A DNA stretch of 63,749 bases, filler included, from Octopus bimaculoides (lineage: Eukaryota): NCBI RefSeq assembly GCF_001194135.2. It is 6 parts of 6 records of this genome, joined end to end, with 100 filler letters (N's around TTAATTAATTAA, not from the genome) between each part and the next. Parts side by side here need not be neighbours in the genome. Positions count along the whole stretch, not along the records: positions 22,883 to 41,942 come from NC_069006.1; 5 more parts are not named here. One strand, 5' to 3'. The notes below the pieces were generated by a model, which was not told the origin of the DNA, did not search any database, and saw only the letters and a program-made list of their open reading frames with translations. Of this stretch, positions 22,839-36,079 are shown one piece after another. Made by a program: the position numbers and the translations under genes. How positions within the stretch are numbered: the stretch's first letter is position 1; every line of letters begins with the position of its first letter.

Positions 22839-23024
22839 NNNNNNNNNNNNNNNNNNNNNNNNNNNNNNNNNNNNNNNNNNNNTGTTAACAACCTTCAGTG
22901 CGAATTTTCAAATTTTCTTTTTGTTTTTCCCTCTCGGACGGAGTCGAGAGACTAACGTCCACACAGCTCGGCTGCAGTAGGACAAGTGGCAACCGGAAAC
23001 GGAAGCAAACTTCTTACCACACAG

Positions 23025-23165
23025 CTGTACCTGGCAGAATCGTTAGCACGCTGGACGAAATGCCTAGCGGTATTTCGCGCGTCGCTGCGTTATGAGTTCA
23101 AATTCCCCCGGGGTCGACATTGCCTTTCATCCGTCCGGAGTCAATGGAATAAGTACCACACACGT
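23025..23165 (+). mobile_element. SINE family B, 5' part
   Basis: ctggcagaatcgttagcacgc...gagttcaaattcc...gtcgacattgcctttcatcc, with A/B-box-like motifs. Confidence 0.75.
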
Positions 23166-23413
23166 TTCGAGAGATATTTAACTGATATTTCTTGCAGATA
23201 ATCTATTATTCTTACAGATTATCTATAGTTTTTTTTTCATTGCCTTAATAGTGTTATTGTTGCTGTGTAAATCGCAGATCAAAAAGATCTATGATCTCAC
23301 TTGTTCCAACAGTAGGGTCTCTGTCTTTACGTTTAGTCATTTCGACTTTATCCAGTGTGCACCTCACACTGTCACGGTAGTTGAGTATAATTTGAAAGAG
23401 GGTTTCTGTGCAG

Positions 23414-23648
23414 TTTCTTATTTCTTTACTGCCCACAAGGGGCTACAAACAGAGGGGACAAACAAGGACAGACAAACGGATTAAGTCGATTATATCGACC
23501 CCAGTGCGTAACTGGTACTTATTTAATCGACCCCGAAAGGATGAAAAGCAAAGTTGACCTCGGCGGAATTTGAACTCAGAACGTAGCGGCAGACGAAATA
23601 CCGTTAAGCATTTCGCCCGGCGTGCTAACGCTTCTGCCAGCTCGCCAC
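23414..23648 (-). mobile_element. SINE family B, full length
   Basis: Near-identical to 58510-58736 and CpG-rich. Confidence 0.85.
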
Positions 23649-24423
23649 CTGCAGTTTCTAGCAGTTGGGACAACCACCTTGAGGCTGTTCCCTCGTAGAT
23701 TCGTGATGGTATTAGCTATGGTTGTTGTTGTTGCGTCGCTGTTTAGTCTCAGGTTAACCCTGATTGTAAAGACATATAATCAAAGATATTCTAGCCATGA
23801 CCATCTCCACCTAATTCTTTTTTTATTATCATTTCTGAGACGATAGGATAGGTTGTGATATGGTGGAGATCGACTACGAAGAAGCGGTTTTGTTTGCTTA
23901 AGTTCGCGAAGTTATTAGGCAGGGTTGGAGGTGGGGGTGTCCTTGAATGTGTTGTTTGAGGTGATGGAGGAAGTGGCGATGGTGGTGGTCGGAGTAGTAT
24001 TGATGTTATGAGTGATGGTGGTTGATGCGGTAGTGCTAGTGGTGCATGGTGGTAGCTGTGATGGTAGCGGTTGTACTGGGGACGGTGATGGTGATGGGGG
24101 TTGATGGGATATGCGGTGCGATATGGCACACAACAAACAGCACAAGGAAGCCCATCATACGCCCTCCCCACACTCACAGACGCACACACATACACGTAGA
24201 GACACATACACAGAGACACACACACACACACATATACCCAGACGTACACAAACGTGTGTGTGCAGATATCCACCATTTTCCATGCTCTCCCCCTACTTGC
24301 TTACCCAATTCGTGCAATTACTTTCAGTTTACATAACCGGAGCGCATCTCGTCGCCTCTGTCGTACACAGGCCCCAATCAAGCAAGCCTCACACACACAC
24401 ATATACACACACACATATTCACA

Positions 24424-24475
<52 letters not shown>

Positions 24476-24818
24476 CATATATATATGTATATATACACAA
24501 GTATATACATGTATATACATCACCCACATTACTGCATTCTTTACACAACTTAATCGCACACAGACACAGACACACGCACATACACACACATTCACATACA
24601 CACAAACATACTCACACACTCACATGCACACACACATATTCACATACTCACACACTCACATGCACACACACACACACACACATGCATACACACAGAATTC
24701 ACACCACTCCGCATGCACGCCAGATACACTTTTCTGTCGTCCAGTCCACATCGTGTCCCGCTCTTGTTTCCGCTATTTACCCTCACACCACACCTCGTCT
24801 CTTGCAGCAACCACCGAC

Positions 24819-24861
<43 letters not shown>

Positions 24862-24996
24862 NNNNNNNNNNNNNNNNNNNNNNNNNNNNNNNNNNNNNNN
24901 NNNNNNNNNNNNNNNNNNNNNNNNNNNNNNNNNNNNNNNNNNNNNNNNNNNNNNNNNNNNNNNNNNNNNNNNNNNNNNNNNNNNNNNNNNNNNNNN

Positions 24997-25052
<56 letters not shown>

Positions 25053-25173
25053 ATCGTGCATACACCCTATATCTTTCGTTTCTCCATACCAAACCCTTAA
25101 CCCCTATATGGCCGCCACCTATCTCTCCATCCATCTCTCTATACCCCCATTCTCTCCTCTGAACCCATCTTTG

Positions 25174-25320
25174 TCATCCACCAACTCCAACAGGGGCCAG
25201 TGAGAAATCTCTACTTAGTCCCTCATCCTCTTGGAAATAGCGACGAATCCTTTCTCGAACCACACCTACAGTCTCAGAAAAATGGACATTGTATATAGAT
25301 AATGTGGAGCTCGGAATTTG
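25174..25320 (-). CDS. Candidate terminal exon of an unidentified gene
   Basis: Acceptor-like gttttgatatatgcag, then an open frame QIPSSTLSIYNVHFSETVGVVRERIRRYFQEDEGLSRDFSLAPVGVGG-stop in unique sequence. No family recognised. Confidence 0.2.
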   Translation of the reverse strand, partial: QIPSSTLSIYNVHFSETVGVVRERIRRYFQEDEGLSRDFSLAPVGVGG

Positions 25321-26334
25321 CTGCATATATCAAAACGACGTGATGGTCACGGTTAGAATGTCTTTAGTCATAGACCTTCTCAAAGCAGCATCAATAACAT
25401 CAATAATAACAATAACAACACGAGTAAAATCCATCACCAGCACCACTCCAGTCCCTTCGGTACCACTCGACCCTCTTCGGTACCACTCGAATCCCTTCGG
25501 TCCACTTCACGCAGTGTCGTTCCACTCACCTACCTTTGACCCCACTCCACGTGATCTCGTTCCTCATTCAATCTCATTCATCTCAACTTCCTTCTTCATC
25601 GCTCTCACTCTACTCAATGTACACAACTAGATATCACTGCACTCCACACTACTCCACTCCACTCAACTCAACTCAACTCGAAGCTACGACATTCTATTCA
25701 ACCCGACACAATACCTCTCTTTCCTCTCATGACTCCACTCCACCCAACTCCACTCATGTCACTTTGCAAACTTTTCTTCACAGTACTATACTCCTCTCCA
25801 CCATTTTCGCCACCACTCCAACTCACTCCACCCTTACTCCACTCCCACTCAACTCCATCCATCTCTCAATCCCCTCAATCATATCAGAAGAAATCAATAT
25901 ATACTGAAGCGATGATGTTGCATCTTTTAAAATAGAGGTCTTGCTCCTTGGTGTTGGGGCGGTGGTGGAGCTGTTGTCGCGAAGCTTGTGCCGTGATGGT
26001 GGTGGTGTTGGTGATTGTGTTGGGTGAGATGTGATCATTATGCAGTAATTCTATAACTTCCATACTCCTATGTATGAGTGAGTGTATATGCATGTATCTA
26101 TGTATGTGTATATATATATATATATATATACATATATACACAAATATATACATATATATAGATGTGTGCACTCACACAAATAAAAGCAAGCGTACTCATA
26201 TATGCACACACACTCACATACACACACAGGCGCGCACACACTCACACATATGTTTATATATATATATAGACCCACACTGATGCGTGTACTCATACAGGAA
26301 TACAAATAGACACACTTTCATACGCACATACACG

Positions 26335-26383
<49 letters not shown>

Positions 26384-27229
26384 TTACATATACAGATGCA
26401 TGCATGCATATATACATGTATAACACGTGACATTGCCGTATTCCTTTCACATAATAACAACACAAATTCTTCCACCCCACATACCAACCCATCAGTACCA
26501 AAAAGAAGTGAAAAAAAAAAGGTATAAAAACTGGGGAAATGAACGAAAACAAACACGAACTTCCCAACTCTTCCCCTGTAAAGAAAAAAAAAACAATACA
26601 AATCTATATCTGTCCATCTCCAGTCCGTATCGAACCCTTCTCCCTCCGCTTCCAGTAGCACCATCAGCTACTAATCAACTACTGCTTCTCTCCACCCTAT
26701 ATAATTTCCCTATTCTAGGAAAATAAGTTATCAAATTATGAAAGGGAACCTCCAGCTGTCACCTCTGGGTTCTGTTGACACAAGTCCGTCTGTCTGTCTT
26801 TGAGCCAATCTGTCTTGTCTTTGAGCCAATCTGTCTTGTCTTTGTTTACGTCTATTTTTCTGTCTGTCAGTCGGATCGTCTGTGTGTCTGTCAGCCTGTG
26901 AGTCTGTCTGTCTATCAGTATGTATGTCTGTGAGACTCTTGGTTTCTCAGTTTAGCGGTCTTTGAGTTTCTCGGTCTGTGAGTCTGTGGGTCGGTGAACC
27001 TGTCCGTCTGTGTTTGTCTATCTGTCTGTCTATAAGTCTGTTTCTTTGAGTGCCTCTGTTCCGTTGTCTGTCTGTGTGCTTGTTTGTATTTGAATCTGGC
27101 TTTCCTTGAGCCATTCTGTCAGTCTACGAAGACATGCGTCATTCCTTTGGCCCGTCAGGTTGTCTGTCAGTCTGTCTGCCTGCTTTATTTTACGTACGTA
27201 TGTATGTATGTATGTATGTATGTCATTGT

Positions 27230-27310
27230 TCAGTTTTATTTCAAGATTTCTGGCCAATAGAGAAAGAATTGGTTTCTAACCAAGATTCAAGGCGCCTTCA
27301 TTGGAATTTC
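27230..27310 (-). mobile_element. 3' tail of an RLE-type LINE abutting (ATAC)n
   Basis: Reverse complement of the tail at 47580-47676 and 47935-48030. Confidence 0.6.
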
Positions 27311-27839
27311 AACATCACCAACAGGGTAGTCTTGTATGTATTCGGCTCACGAACGTAAAGTAGAGAGTTGGACTCTCGGCAGCGCATTGTCTCCAATCAG
27401 CTAGCTAAAATGAGCTGCACCTGTAATTCAGAAGAGCCAGCCTTGACACATTCCGTGTCACACTGAATCTCCCTAAGAACAACGTTAAGAGTACGCGTAT
27501 CGGAGGAATGCTCAGCCACTTGAACGATAAGTTCACGAGCGGGCTGTTCAGGTGATCGGATCAACTGGAACCGACAGATCAACTCGTAACAGACGGATCA
27601 ACTCGTAAGCGACGGAGTGCCAGTATGTATATATGAATGTGCATCAGTCATTTGGATTCTTCAATAAACTACAGAAGGCTTGTGTCATCAGCAGTCGTGC
27701 TGATGATGTATAGGTAGCATGCTGTTGCTATGACGCTGTGCGTTTGTGCTGTAGCAGTAAGGTGTCGTTCGTGTGATGAAGTTGCGGTTCTAGTAGTGTG
27801 CCGGTAGTTGTGTTAGGATAACCTAACAGTGTGGCGTTG

Positions 27840-28900
27840 TATGGTTGTGGTGTAATAGTGCCAAGCTAATGTTCTGGTGGTGGTAGCAGTAGTGATGCTG
27901 GTGGTGGGGATGGTTGTGGTGTTGCTGGTAGTGGTGGTGGTGGTGGTGGTGTCAGAATTGGTTTTGGTAGTGGTGGTGGTGCTGGTGGTGGAAGTGGTGG
28001 TGCTGCGGGTAGTTGTGTCATTAGTAGTGGTAGTGTTGCGGTATTGGTGGTGTTGTGGTGGTAGTGGTGCTGGTGGTGTTGGAGGGGTGCGATGATTCAG
28101 TGACACAGTTGTTAAACAATATTTATAATAGAGATAATGGAAGGGATGCGCACGTTCATAATTCGAACACCAAATCCTTAGAGTGGCGGTTGCTGCCGCG
28201 GCGTGTGGGGTGGGGGGTGAAGGTTGTGAGGGTGGTGGTGGTGGCGGTGGTAGTGGTAGTGGTTGTGACGTTGGTGTGGGGGTGGCGGTGATTGAGGTGG
28301 CGAGGAAGGATCGACGTAGCTGTGGCGGATGGTTTTGGTGATGGTAATGGTAACAATGGTAATGATGTTGGGGTGGCGGCGCTGGTGGTTGTGGTAGTTG
28401 TGATGGTCGTGGTAGTGGTAGTGGTGGTTGTGCTGGTGGTTGTAGTTATGGTGACAATGATGGCGAGCTGGCGGTGATGGTGGGCGACAAATTTATAAGG
28501 GATTGGTTTGGATAGTATGGGTAGTAGCACTGATGGTGGTTTGTAGGATTGCGGTGTGTTCTAATTGGAAGTTGTAGCAAGGGTGATAGTCAGTGTTTGA
28601 CTGTTAATTCTGTGATGGTTGCAAGGCTGCTCTAGTACTAACGGCAATGGTTTAGGCTGTAGTAGTAGCTGTTGTTGCTATGATAGTGGTGGAGGATATA
28701 GTATTGGTGGTGGTGACTGTTTTGTTGGTCGTAGTGGTAGTGGAGGATGAGGTAGTAGTACTCCCTTCTGTTATTCGTCGATTTTATTGGATTTATAGTT
28801 AAGATGTCTGTAGTAAAGACAGTAAGGACTACGAGAATGATGGAGGTGGTGATGGGGGTGAGGAGAAGAGCATGATGATGATGATGATGATGATGATGAT
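27840..28900. repeat. GTG/GTA/GAT trinucleotide low-complexity region
   Basis: Imperfect (GTG)n, (GTA)n and (GAT)n tracts. These are the source of the poly-V and poly-T ORFs. Confidence 0.85.
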
Positions 28901-29552
28901 GGTGGTGGTTTTGTTTCCCAACCTTACGATTCCGGGTTCTAACCCACTGCGTGGCATCATGTGGCAAGTAACTTTTATTGTAGCTTCGGGCTCCGACCAA
29001 AGCCTAGTGAGTGAATTTGATAGTTGGAGACTGAAAGAATATCGTGTCTTAGAATTCTTCCCAAACTTTAGAAACTTCAGACGTCTTTGCTTATTAACAC
29101 CATTTGAAACGACAATTAAGATACATTTATCACAATCTTGTTTCCATTGTCATCATGTCATTTCTTTCACTACGGCAACAACAAAAACAATATCTAAATA
29201 AATAAACAACCGAACAATTATGGCTAACAACTGTCAAACAGTGGTGTCAAGGGGTCAAGAGGTCACGAGGTCAGTATCATCAAATATCGTTTTGTTTTCC
29301 GTTTTAGTTTTTGTTTTTCTTATTTAAAAACAATGCGTTGAATGCAATGTTGATGGTCTAACAGTTTTCTATATCGTACTCTGTGATGCATCCATCCAGT
29401 TCCTCATTATAAGAGTGGCCAGACATGTTTATAATGTTAGAACAGTGTCGCCGTCTAGCGATTAGAAGGCAACAACAAAATGCAGCAACAAAAACAACAA
29501 AAACTCTGCATAAAACAAATAAAGAATCAAATATCTGGAACAGATTCATTTG

Positions 29553-29599
<47 letters not shown>

Positions 29600-29892
29600 G
29601 TAGGCTGTGTAGGAAGTAGTTTGCTTCGCAACCACAAGGTTTTGAGTTCAGTCCCGCCACGTGGTACCTTGGTCAAGCGTCTTCTATCGGGACAAGCAAA
29701 GACTTGGCGAGTGAATTCGTAAGACTGATCAACTGGACTGGAATATTCATCGTGGTTATCGACAGCGAGCCTGGCCTCTTAGAAATTGATACGTTATATT
29801 GCTGCTATAGAGTAAATAATAAACCTTCAAGATTTGCCATGTATTTGGGTAATTAACATCTCACTAGCAACTGATAAGTATTGCATGAAGTG

Positions 29893-30133
29893 TGGAGGCG
29901 CAATGGCCAAGTGGTTAGAGCAGCGGACTCGCGGTCATAGGATCGCGGTTACGATTCGCAAACCGGGCGTTGTGAGTGTTTATTGAGTGAAAACACCTAA
30001 AGCGCCACGAGGCTCCGGCAGTGGGGTTGTGGCGAACCCTGCTGTATTCTTTCACCACAACTTTTTGTCGCTCTTTCTGTTGTTTGTACCTGTATTTCAA
30101 AGGGCCAGCCTTGTCACACTCTGTGTCACGCTG
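29893..30133 (+). mobile_element. tRNA-derived SINE family C, 5' part
   Basis: Head tggaggcgcaatggccaagtggttagagcagcggactcgcggtc, matching 36080 and 40929. Confidence 0.8.
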
Positions 30134-30949
30134 AACAACCGAAAATAATCAACTTATCAAAGAAAATCGTGCCCCAGCATGGCCGCAGTCTAATGACTAA
30201 AGCAAGTATTACATTGAAAGATTAAAGGATGAAACGTGCCTTAATTTATCTTAACCGAAAATAAGTGATCACCTGGGCTGCAGCACATGGCTAATGTAAA
30301 GTCTGTATCCCCGAAATGTTTTCTAGCTTAGACTAAATTTTGGCATCAAGACACATTAACAAACATAATAAATCTTTTGTATTTCCAGATTAAAGTGAAA
30401 CTCTTTATGAATTAGATAACGAAAAGTATATCGGACACCACGCATAACAATATCACACTGAAAACTATTGGAAAGTCATTAGATACACGTTTATTGATAC
30501 CAATAATAACGTCTAAGATAGAGTAAGGAGATTAAGGCTAGACCAATGTATCGACTGCTTGGTGAAGCGTGGATAAATATATCACGTTAAAAGGTAATAA
30601 AGAGAACTTTAATTCCAGCTGAAAATGTAGATTAATTAACATAGTCATTAACGAAATCAGATTAAATTAACAAACACGTTTTAAATGATATAAATGTCAC
30701 AGTGAGGAAAGTTGCTAATCTTCGACAATAATGGAATTGTTACATTACTGCTGTTGTGAGTTGGATCAACAGCATTAGTGGTTGAAGTACTTTTAACTAT
30801 ATCAGATTTGATACGATTATCATTCTTTTACTTGTCTCACTCACTGGACTGCGGCCCTGCTGGTGCAACGCCTCGAAGAGGCATTTTCGTTATCCAGTCG
30901 AACAAATCAAACTATTCTTTCATTTTTTAAAAAATTCATTTATTCTTTT

Positions 30950-31190
30950 ACTTTTTTCAGTCATTTGACTGCGGCCATGCTGGAGCACTGCCTTGGGGAT
31001 TTTGTCATTTTTTAGTCGAAGAAATCGGCCCCAGGACTTATTTCTTTTAAGCCTAGTATTTACTTAATCTATAGGCCCCTTATGACGAGCCGCTAAATTA
31101 TGGGGACGTAAACACGACAACATCGGTTGTCAAGCGATGGTGGGGGAACAAACATAGACACAAAGACACACGCATAAATACATACACACA
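30950..31190 (-). mobile_element. SINE family A, tail half
   Basis: cagtcatttgactgcggccatgctggagcac...acatcggttgtcaagcgatg. Confidence 0.75.
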
Positions 31191-31231
31191 TATATAAATA
31201 CATACATATATATATGTGTGTGTGTGCGTGA

Positions 31232-31281
<50 letters not shown>

Positions 31282-31582
31282 NNNNNNNNNNNNNNNNNNN
31301 NNNNNNNNNNNNNNNNNNNNNNNNNNNNNNNNNNNNNNNNNNNNNNNNNNNNNNNNNNNNNNNNNNNNNNNNNNNNNNNNNNNNNNNNNNNNNNNNNNNN
31401 NNNNNNNNNNNNNNNNNNNNNNNNNNNNNNNNNNNNNNNNNNNNNNNNNNNNNNNNNNNNNNNNNNNNNNNNNNNNNNNNNNNNNNNNNNNNNNNNNNNN
31501 NNNNNNNNNNNNNNNNNNNNNNNNNNNNNNNNNNNNNNNNNNNNNNNNNNNNNNNNNNNNNNNNNNNNNNNNNNNNNNNNNN

Positions 31583-32260
31583 CGCTACCACCACCACCAC
31601 CACCACCACCACCAATACCACAACTACCACCACCACCACCACCATTACCATCATCATCATTATCACCAACCACCACGATCAGTACCACGACCACCACCAC
31701 CATCACCCCCTCACCACCACCACCACCACCACCCATTCATCACCACTGTCACTAGTCCCCATAACATCACCGCTGCCGCTTCCACTACCGCCCGTACAAT
31801 CCATCACCATTACTATGATCCACCACTTATGCCATCACCATTCCCACACCAGTAGACATGACAACTAGTACCACCATCAAAACCACCACCACAACCACTA
31901 CCACCACAACCACAACCACTTCTAGAAAGAACGAGAGCAATGCCATCGATTACTACCATCAACTATATCCATCATCACAAATATGTAAAAAGAATCACCA
32001 CCACCACTGATACTACTACTACAACTACTACTACTACTACTACTACTACTTCATTTATCACCATCACTACTACCACCATCATCATCGGTTGTGTACACAA
32101 TACCATAACAAGAATGAATGCAACACTAACAAATGTATTGATAATTGAAGATTTTTTTTCAAACAGCCACCATAACAATAACTGCTACCTTTACCACCAC
32201 CGCCACCACCACCACCGTCACAACCGCCACTGTCATTACTACCGCCAATACACACTACAA
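31583..32260. repeat. CAC/TAC low-complexity region
   Basis: Imperfect (CAC)n and (TAC)n tracts. Confidence 0.85.
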
Positions 32261-32814
32261 ACACGAATTACAGCGACAAGAATAACAATAGCTATAATAG
32301 AAGGAATGAGATATGACAATGAAGTTTGCGTCCCGGTTTCGAGAGTGGGTTGAGTGTTGCACGCCAGAGGATTGGGGGGAGGGGTAGAGGTATAGATTGA
32401 TAGAGAGGAGCCTGGGTTGGGGGTGGAGGAGAGATGGAATGAAGGAAGAGGGACGAGTGACACCCGAGTGCTAAAGAAATTGGTCCGAACGTCTTTTGTT
32501 AAAATAACATTGGCAATATATATAAACACACACACACACACACACACATAAACATTCATTCATATTCTAATGCATACACACACGTGTGTGCGTATACACA
32601 AAGACATATACATACATACACACAAACATACATACATACATACACACACATACATATATACATACATCAATGCATGGATACGTACATACATACATACATA
32701 CATACATACATACATACATACAAACAAACAAACAGACATACATACATACGTATATACATACATGCATGCATGGATACATACATACGTACATAAACATATA
32801 TACTCTTGTTAATA

Positions 32815-33050
32815 TTTTACTTGTTTCAGCCATTTGATTGTGGCCATGCTGGAGCACCGCCTTTAGTCGAGCAAATCGACCCCCGGACTTATTCTTTGTA
32901 AGCCTAGTACTTATTCTTTGTAAGCCTAGTACTTATTCTAGCGGTCTCTTTTGCCGAACCGCTAAATTACAGGGACGTAAACACACCAGCATCTGTTGTC
33001 AAGCGATGTTGGGGGGGACAAACACAGATACACAAACATATACACACGCA

Positions 33051-33109
<59 letters not shown>

Positions 33110-33273
33110 GACAAGCTTCTTTCAGTTTCCGTCTACCAAATCCACTCGCAAGACTTTGGTCAGCCCCAGGCTATAGCAGAAGACACTTGCCCAAGATGCC
33201 ACGCAGTGGGACTGAACCCGGAACCATGTGGTTGGTAAGCAAGCTACTTACCACATAGCCACTCCTGCGCCTA
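32815..33273 (-). mobile_element. SINE family A, full length, with an internal 22-bp tandem duplication
   Basis: ttattctttgtaagcctagtac occurs twice at about 32890-32933. Most CpGs are retained. Confidence 0.85.
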
Positions 33274-34316
33274 TATTGCGGAAGAAATAGAGAAACAATG
33301 GTGGCCATGGTTAGAACGTAAGCGACCATAGATTTGCAAGATCGGGACCGACTGTGGCCCTAAAGAAAAGACACAACAACAACAACAACAGCATTTACAA
33401 TCCACACTCTTATTCATTAATTGCTTTGCACTTGGTGATCCGGATAATCCAGGGGTCTGTGTGATTTCTTCTGGCCCCTAAATAGTTGTCCCCCATCCCC
33501 GACACCCAACGCATCACCTCACTTACAAGGAACTTTTTCTTTGTTGGTATGGTTTTGCTAGCATTTTAATTTAGTCGTTTTTTTTTTACACGTTTTTGTA
33601 AACCCTACAAACTGTGTTGTCTTTCGTCCCTTCTATTTTCTCTCTCGTGGCTAAGCCCTTGTAGCTAATAAAGAAAACACCACCACCACCACCACTACTA
33701 CGACTACTACTATTTCTACTCTTGTTGTTGTTATTATTATTATTAGTGTTAGTATTACTATGGAGAGTGCGAGGAGGTTGAGGGGGGTAGTGCCTAGGGA
33801 ATTCTTTAAACGTAGTGTAGGACAACATGCAGCAGGGGCTCCATCTTTTTTTTAACCCCCATTGCATTCGTATACCCCTTTATATGCAGACAAACACATA
33901 CACACACACATTTATATTTGTTTACTAAACTACTTTCTTTACTTCCACTTAGCAATTTTCCTCCCCACCTCCCTAACCAAATTTCTGCCACCCACAACTA
34001 CAATCCCTTCATGAATAATAATAATAATAATAATAATGATAACAACAACAACAATAATAATAATGATAATAATAATAATAAAAATAATAATAACATAAAG
34101 CTAAACTATTAAATGAGTGAATCAATGAATATAATTAAGATAAACAGGAGTAAAGACAACAAAAAAAACAACACAACAACAGGAATAATAATGGCCCTCA
34201 CCACTGTCCCCTTGTAGAGTCATAACAACACCCTAACCCACAGCTACCACCACTGACCCCACCACCCTCGTCGTGCCCTCTCCTTAGATAGTCCAGCCGT
34301 GTGTACTTGGACTCAC

Positions 34317-34366
34317 GCTTCTCCTCTGACGCCGTCCGTTAAAACCTGGCCTCCGTTGATATAATC
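34317..34366 (-). CDS. Candidate 50-nt internal exon of an unidentified gene
   Basis: Acceptor tctgtttatttaaag| and a consensus donor |gtgagt. Two frames are open: DYINGGQVLTDGVRGE(A) or (x)LYQRRPGFNGRRQRRS. Confidence 0.3.
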
Positions 34367-34675
34367 CTTTAAATAAACAGATACCGAAAGAGGATTTTCA
34401 CATTATTACAAATATTATCAATCGTTATTGTTGTTCTTGTTCTTGATGTTGCTGTTGTTATTGTGTTCGTTGTTGTAGGGTTTTGCTGTAGGGGCATGGA
34501 GGCGTGGTAGACCCATGAATAATGCGCTGGACAAAATGTCTTCAGTTCTTTAGTTACTTTTAATTTTTTTCGATTTAAGATCTCGCTGATATCTCTCGAA
34601 TTTGCCAATAACATCTGAGACCGAGAAACTAAAGTACCAGTCGTATACTTGGGTTTTCATCCACATATATTGAAT

Positions 34676-34990
34676 GGTCTGGGCTAGTGGTTAGTGTGAT
34701 GCACTCACGATCTCGAAATCGTGGTTTCAATTCCTGGACTAATTGATGCTTTGTATTCTTGCAAAAAAAAAAAACATTTCATTTCACGCCGCTCTACGAT
34801 CATTTCGACATCTCACTGCGGCACACATCCATACCTGATCATTTCCACGCCTAATCACTTCCACACCTGACGCGTGGTAGACCGTGCACCTGTTCAAACA
34901 AAGTCGATTTGATAGCGGGGGTAAGATTATGTACAGTACAAAGAATCGATCACAGTAAACGAACCACCTGCATAGGTCGTTCACCAAGGA
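34676..34990 (+). mobile_element. tRNA-headed SINE-like element (distinct family)
   Basis: Head gctagtggttagtgtgatgcactcacgatc...ggtttcaattcc with A/B-box-like spacing. Single copy in the window. Confidence 0.45.
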
Positions 34991-35037
34991 TTTCAGAACC
35001 ATCTTTTCTCAAACTATGAGAGACTACCATGAAAAAT

Positions 35038-35185
35038 TATTCTTTGTAAGCCTAGTATAGTACTTATCCTATCGGTCCCTTTTGCCGAACTGCTAAGTTA
35101 CGTTGACATAAGCACACCAGCACCTGTTGTCAAGTGATGGCGGAGGGACAAACACACTCACACACACATAAGCACACACACACAT

Positions 35186-35222
<37 letters not shown>

Positions 35223-35342
35223 CGACAGGCTTCTTTCAGTTTCGGTCTACCAAATCTACTCACAAGGCTTTGGTCGGCCCGAGGCTATAGTAGAAAACAC
35301 GCAGTAGGATTGAACCCGGAATCATGTGGTTGGAAAGCAAGC

Positions 35343-35384
<42 letters not shown>

Positions 35385-35490
35385 GATGGGCTTCTTTCAG
35401 TTTCTATCTACCAAATCTACTCAGAAGATTTTGGTCGGCCCGAGGCTATAGTAGAAAACATGCAATAGGATTGAACCCGGAACCATGTGG
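35038..35490 (-). mobile_element. SINE family A with a tandemly duplicated head-proximal segment
   Basis: The block ggcttctttcagttt...ggtcggcccgaggctatagtagaaaaca...gattgaacccggaa occurs at about 35228-35335 and 35388-35490. Confidence 0.75.
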
Positions 35491-36079
35491 TTGAGAAATG
35501 TGAATAATGTTGGACGATGTAGTGCGAAATACACATTTTGACTATAAGACGAGATGGTCAGAGTTGGAATGTCTTTGATCGTAGGCCTGAGGGATCGTTG
35601 CCTATCTGGGGTTAAATAATGAAACAACAACAACAACAACAACACAACCAATAACAACAACAACGTTACATCACGTCACCATTACGAATGCGATATTAGA
35701 TGTTCTGGGTGCAAACACTCCCAGGCAAGAAAAAAAACAAATCCGGTTCGTGTCATATCCTGTGTTTGCGAGCCAACACGTTTCCTTGCATTTTAATTCT
35801 ATTCTCTCCCTTTTCCTCTCCTAGCGTCGTCCTAAAATCCAAGCCCAGCCCATCTTACGTCCATCTTCCCCGAATCGTTTTCTTCTCGCATACTGTTATT
35901 TACTGTTATTCTTTTCTATTTCCACCATTTTAACAAATTTACTGTCAACAGACGTGATGGTTCTTTCTTAGAGAGAAAGAGCTGGTAGGGCAACTTGTCC
36001 TTTTTTTGGTCTGACGAAAGGGAATATGTCCAGGACCTTCCATGTGTCTAGCCTTTCTATATCTGGTGCGATCGATGGG

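Noticed and set aside
27813-28530. Thr- or Val-rich mucin-like ORFs (also 31098-32353)
   Set aside because: These are imperfect trinucleotide repeats open in several frames on both strands, without splice support.
29893-29970. tRNA genes at SINE heads (also 36486, 40929, 57734)
   Set aside because: They lack a complete cloverleaf and continue into repeated SINE bodies.
35823-35990. Plus-strand acceptors and RDGSFL as an SH2 exon
   Set aside because: The motif continues ERKSW-stop rather than VRES, the donor is weak and there is no other SH2 segment.
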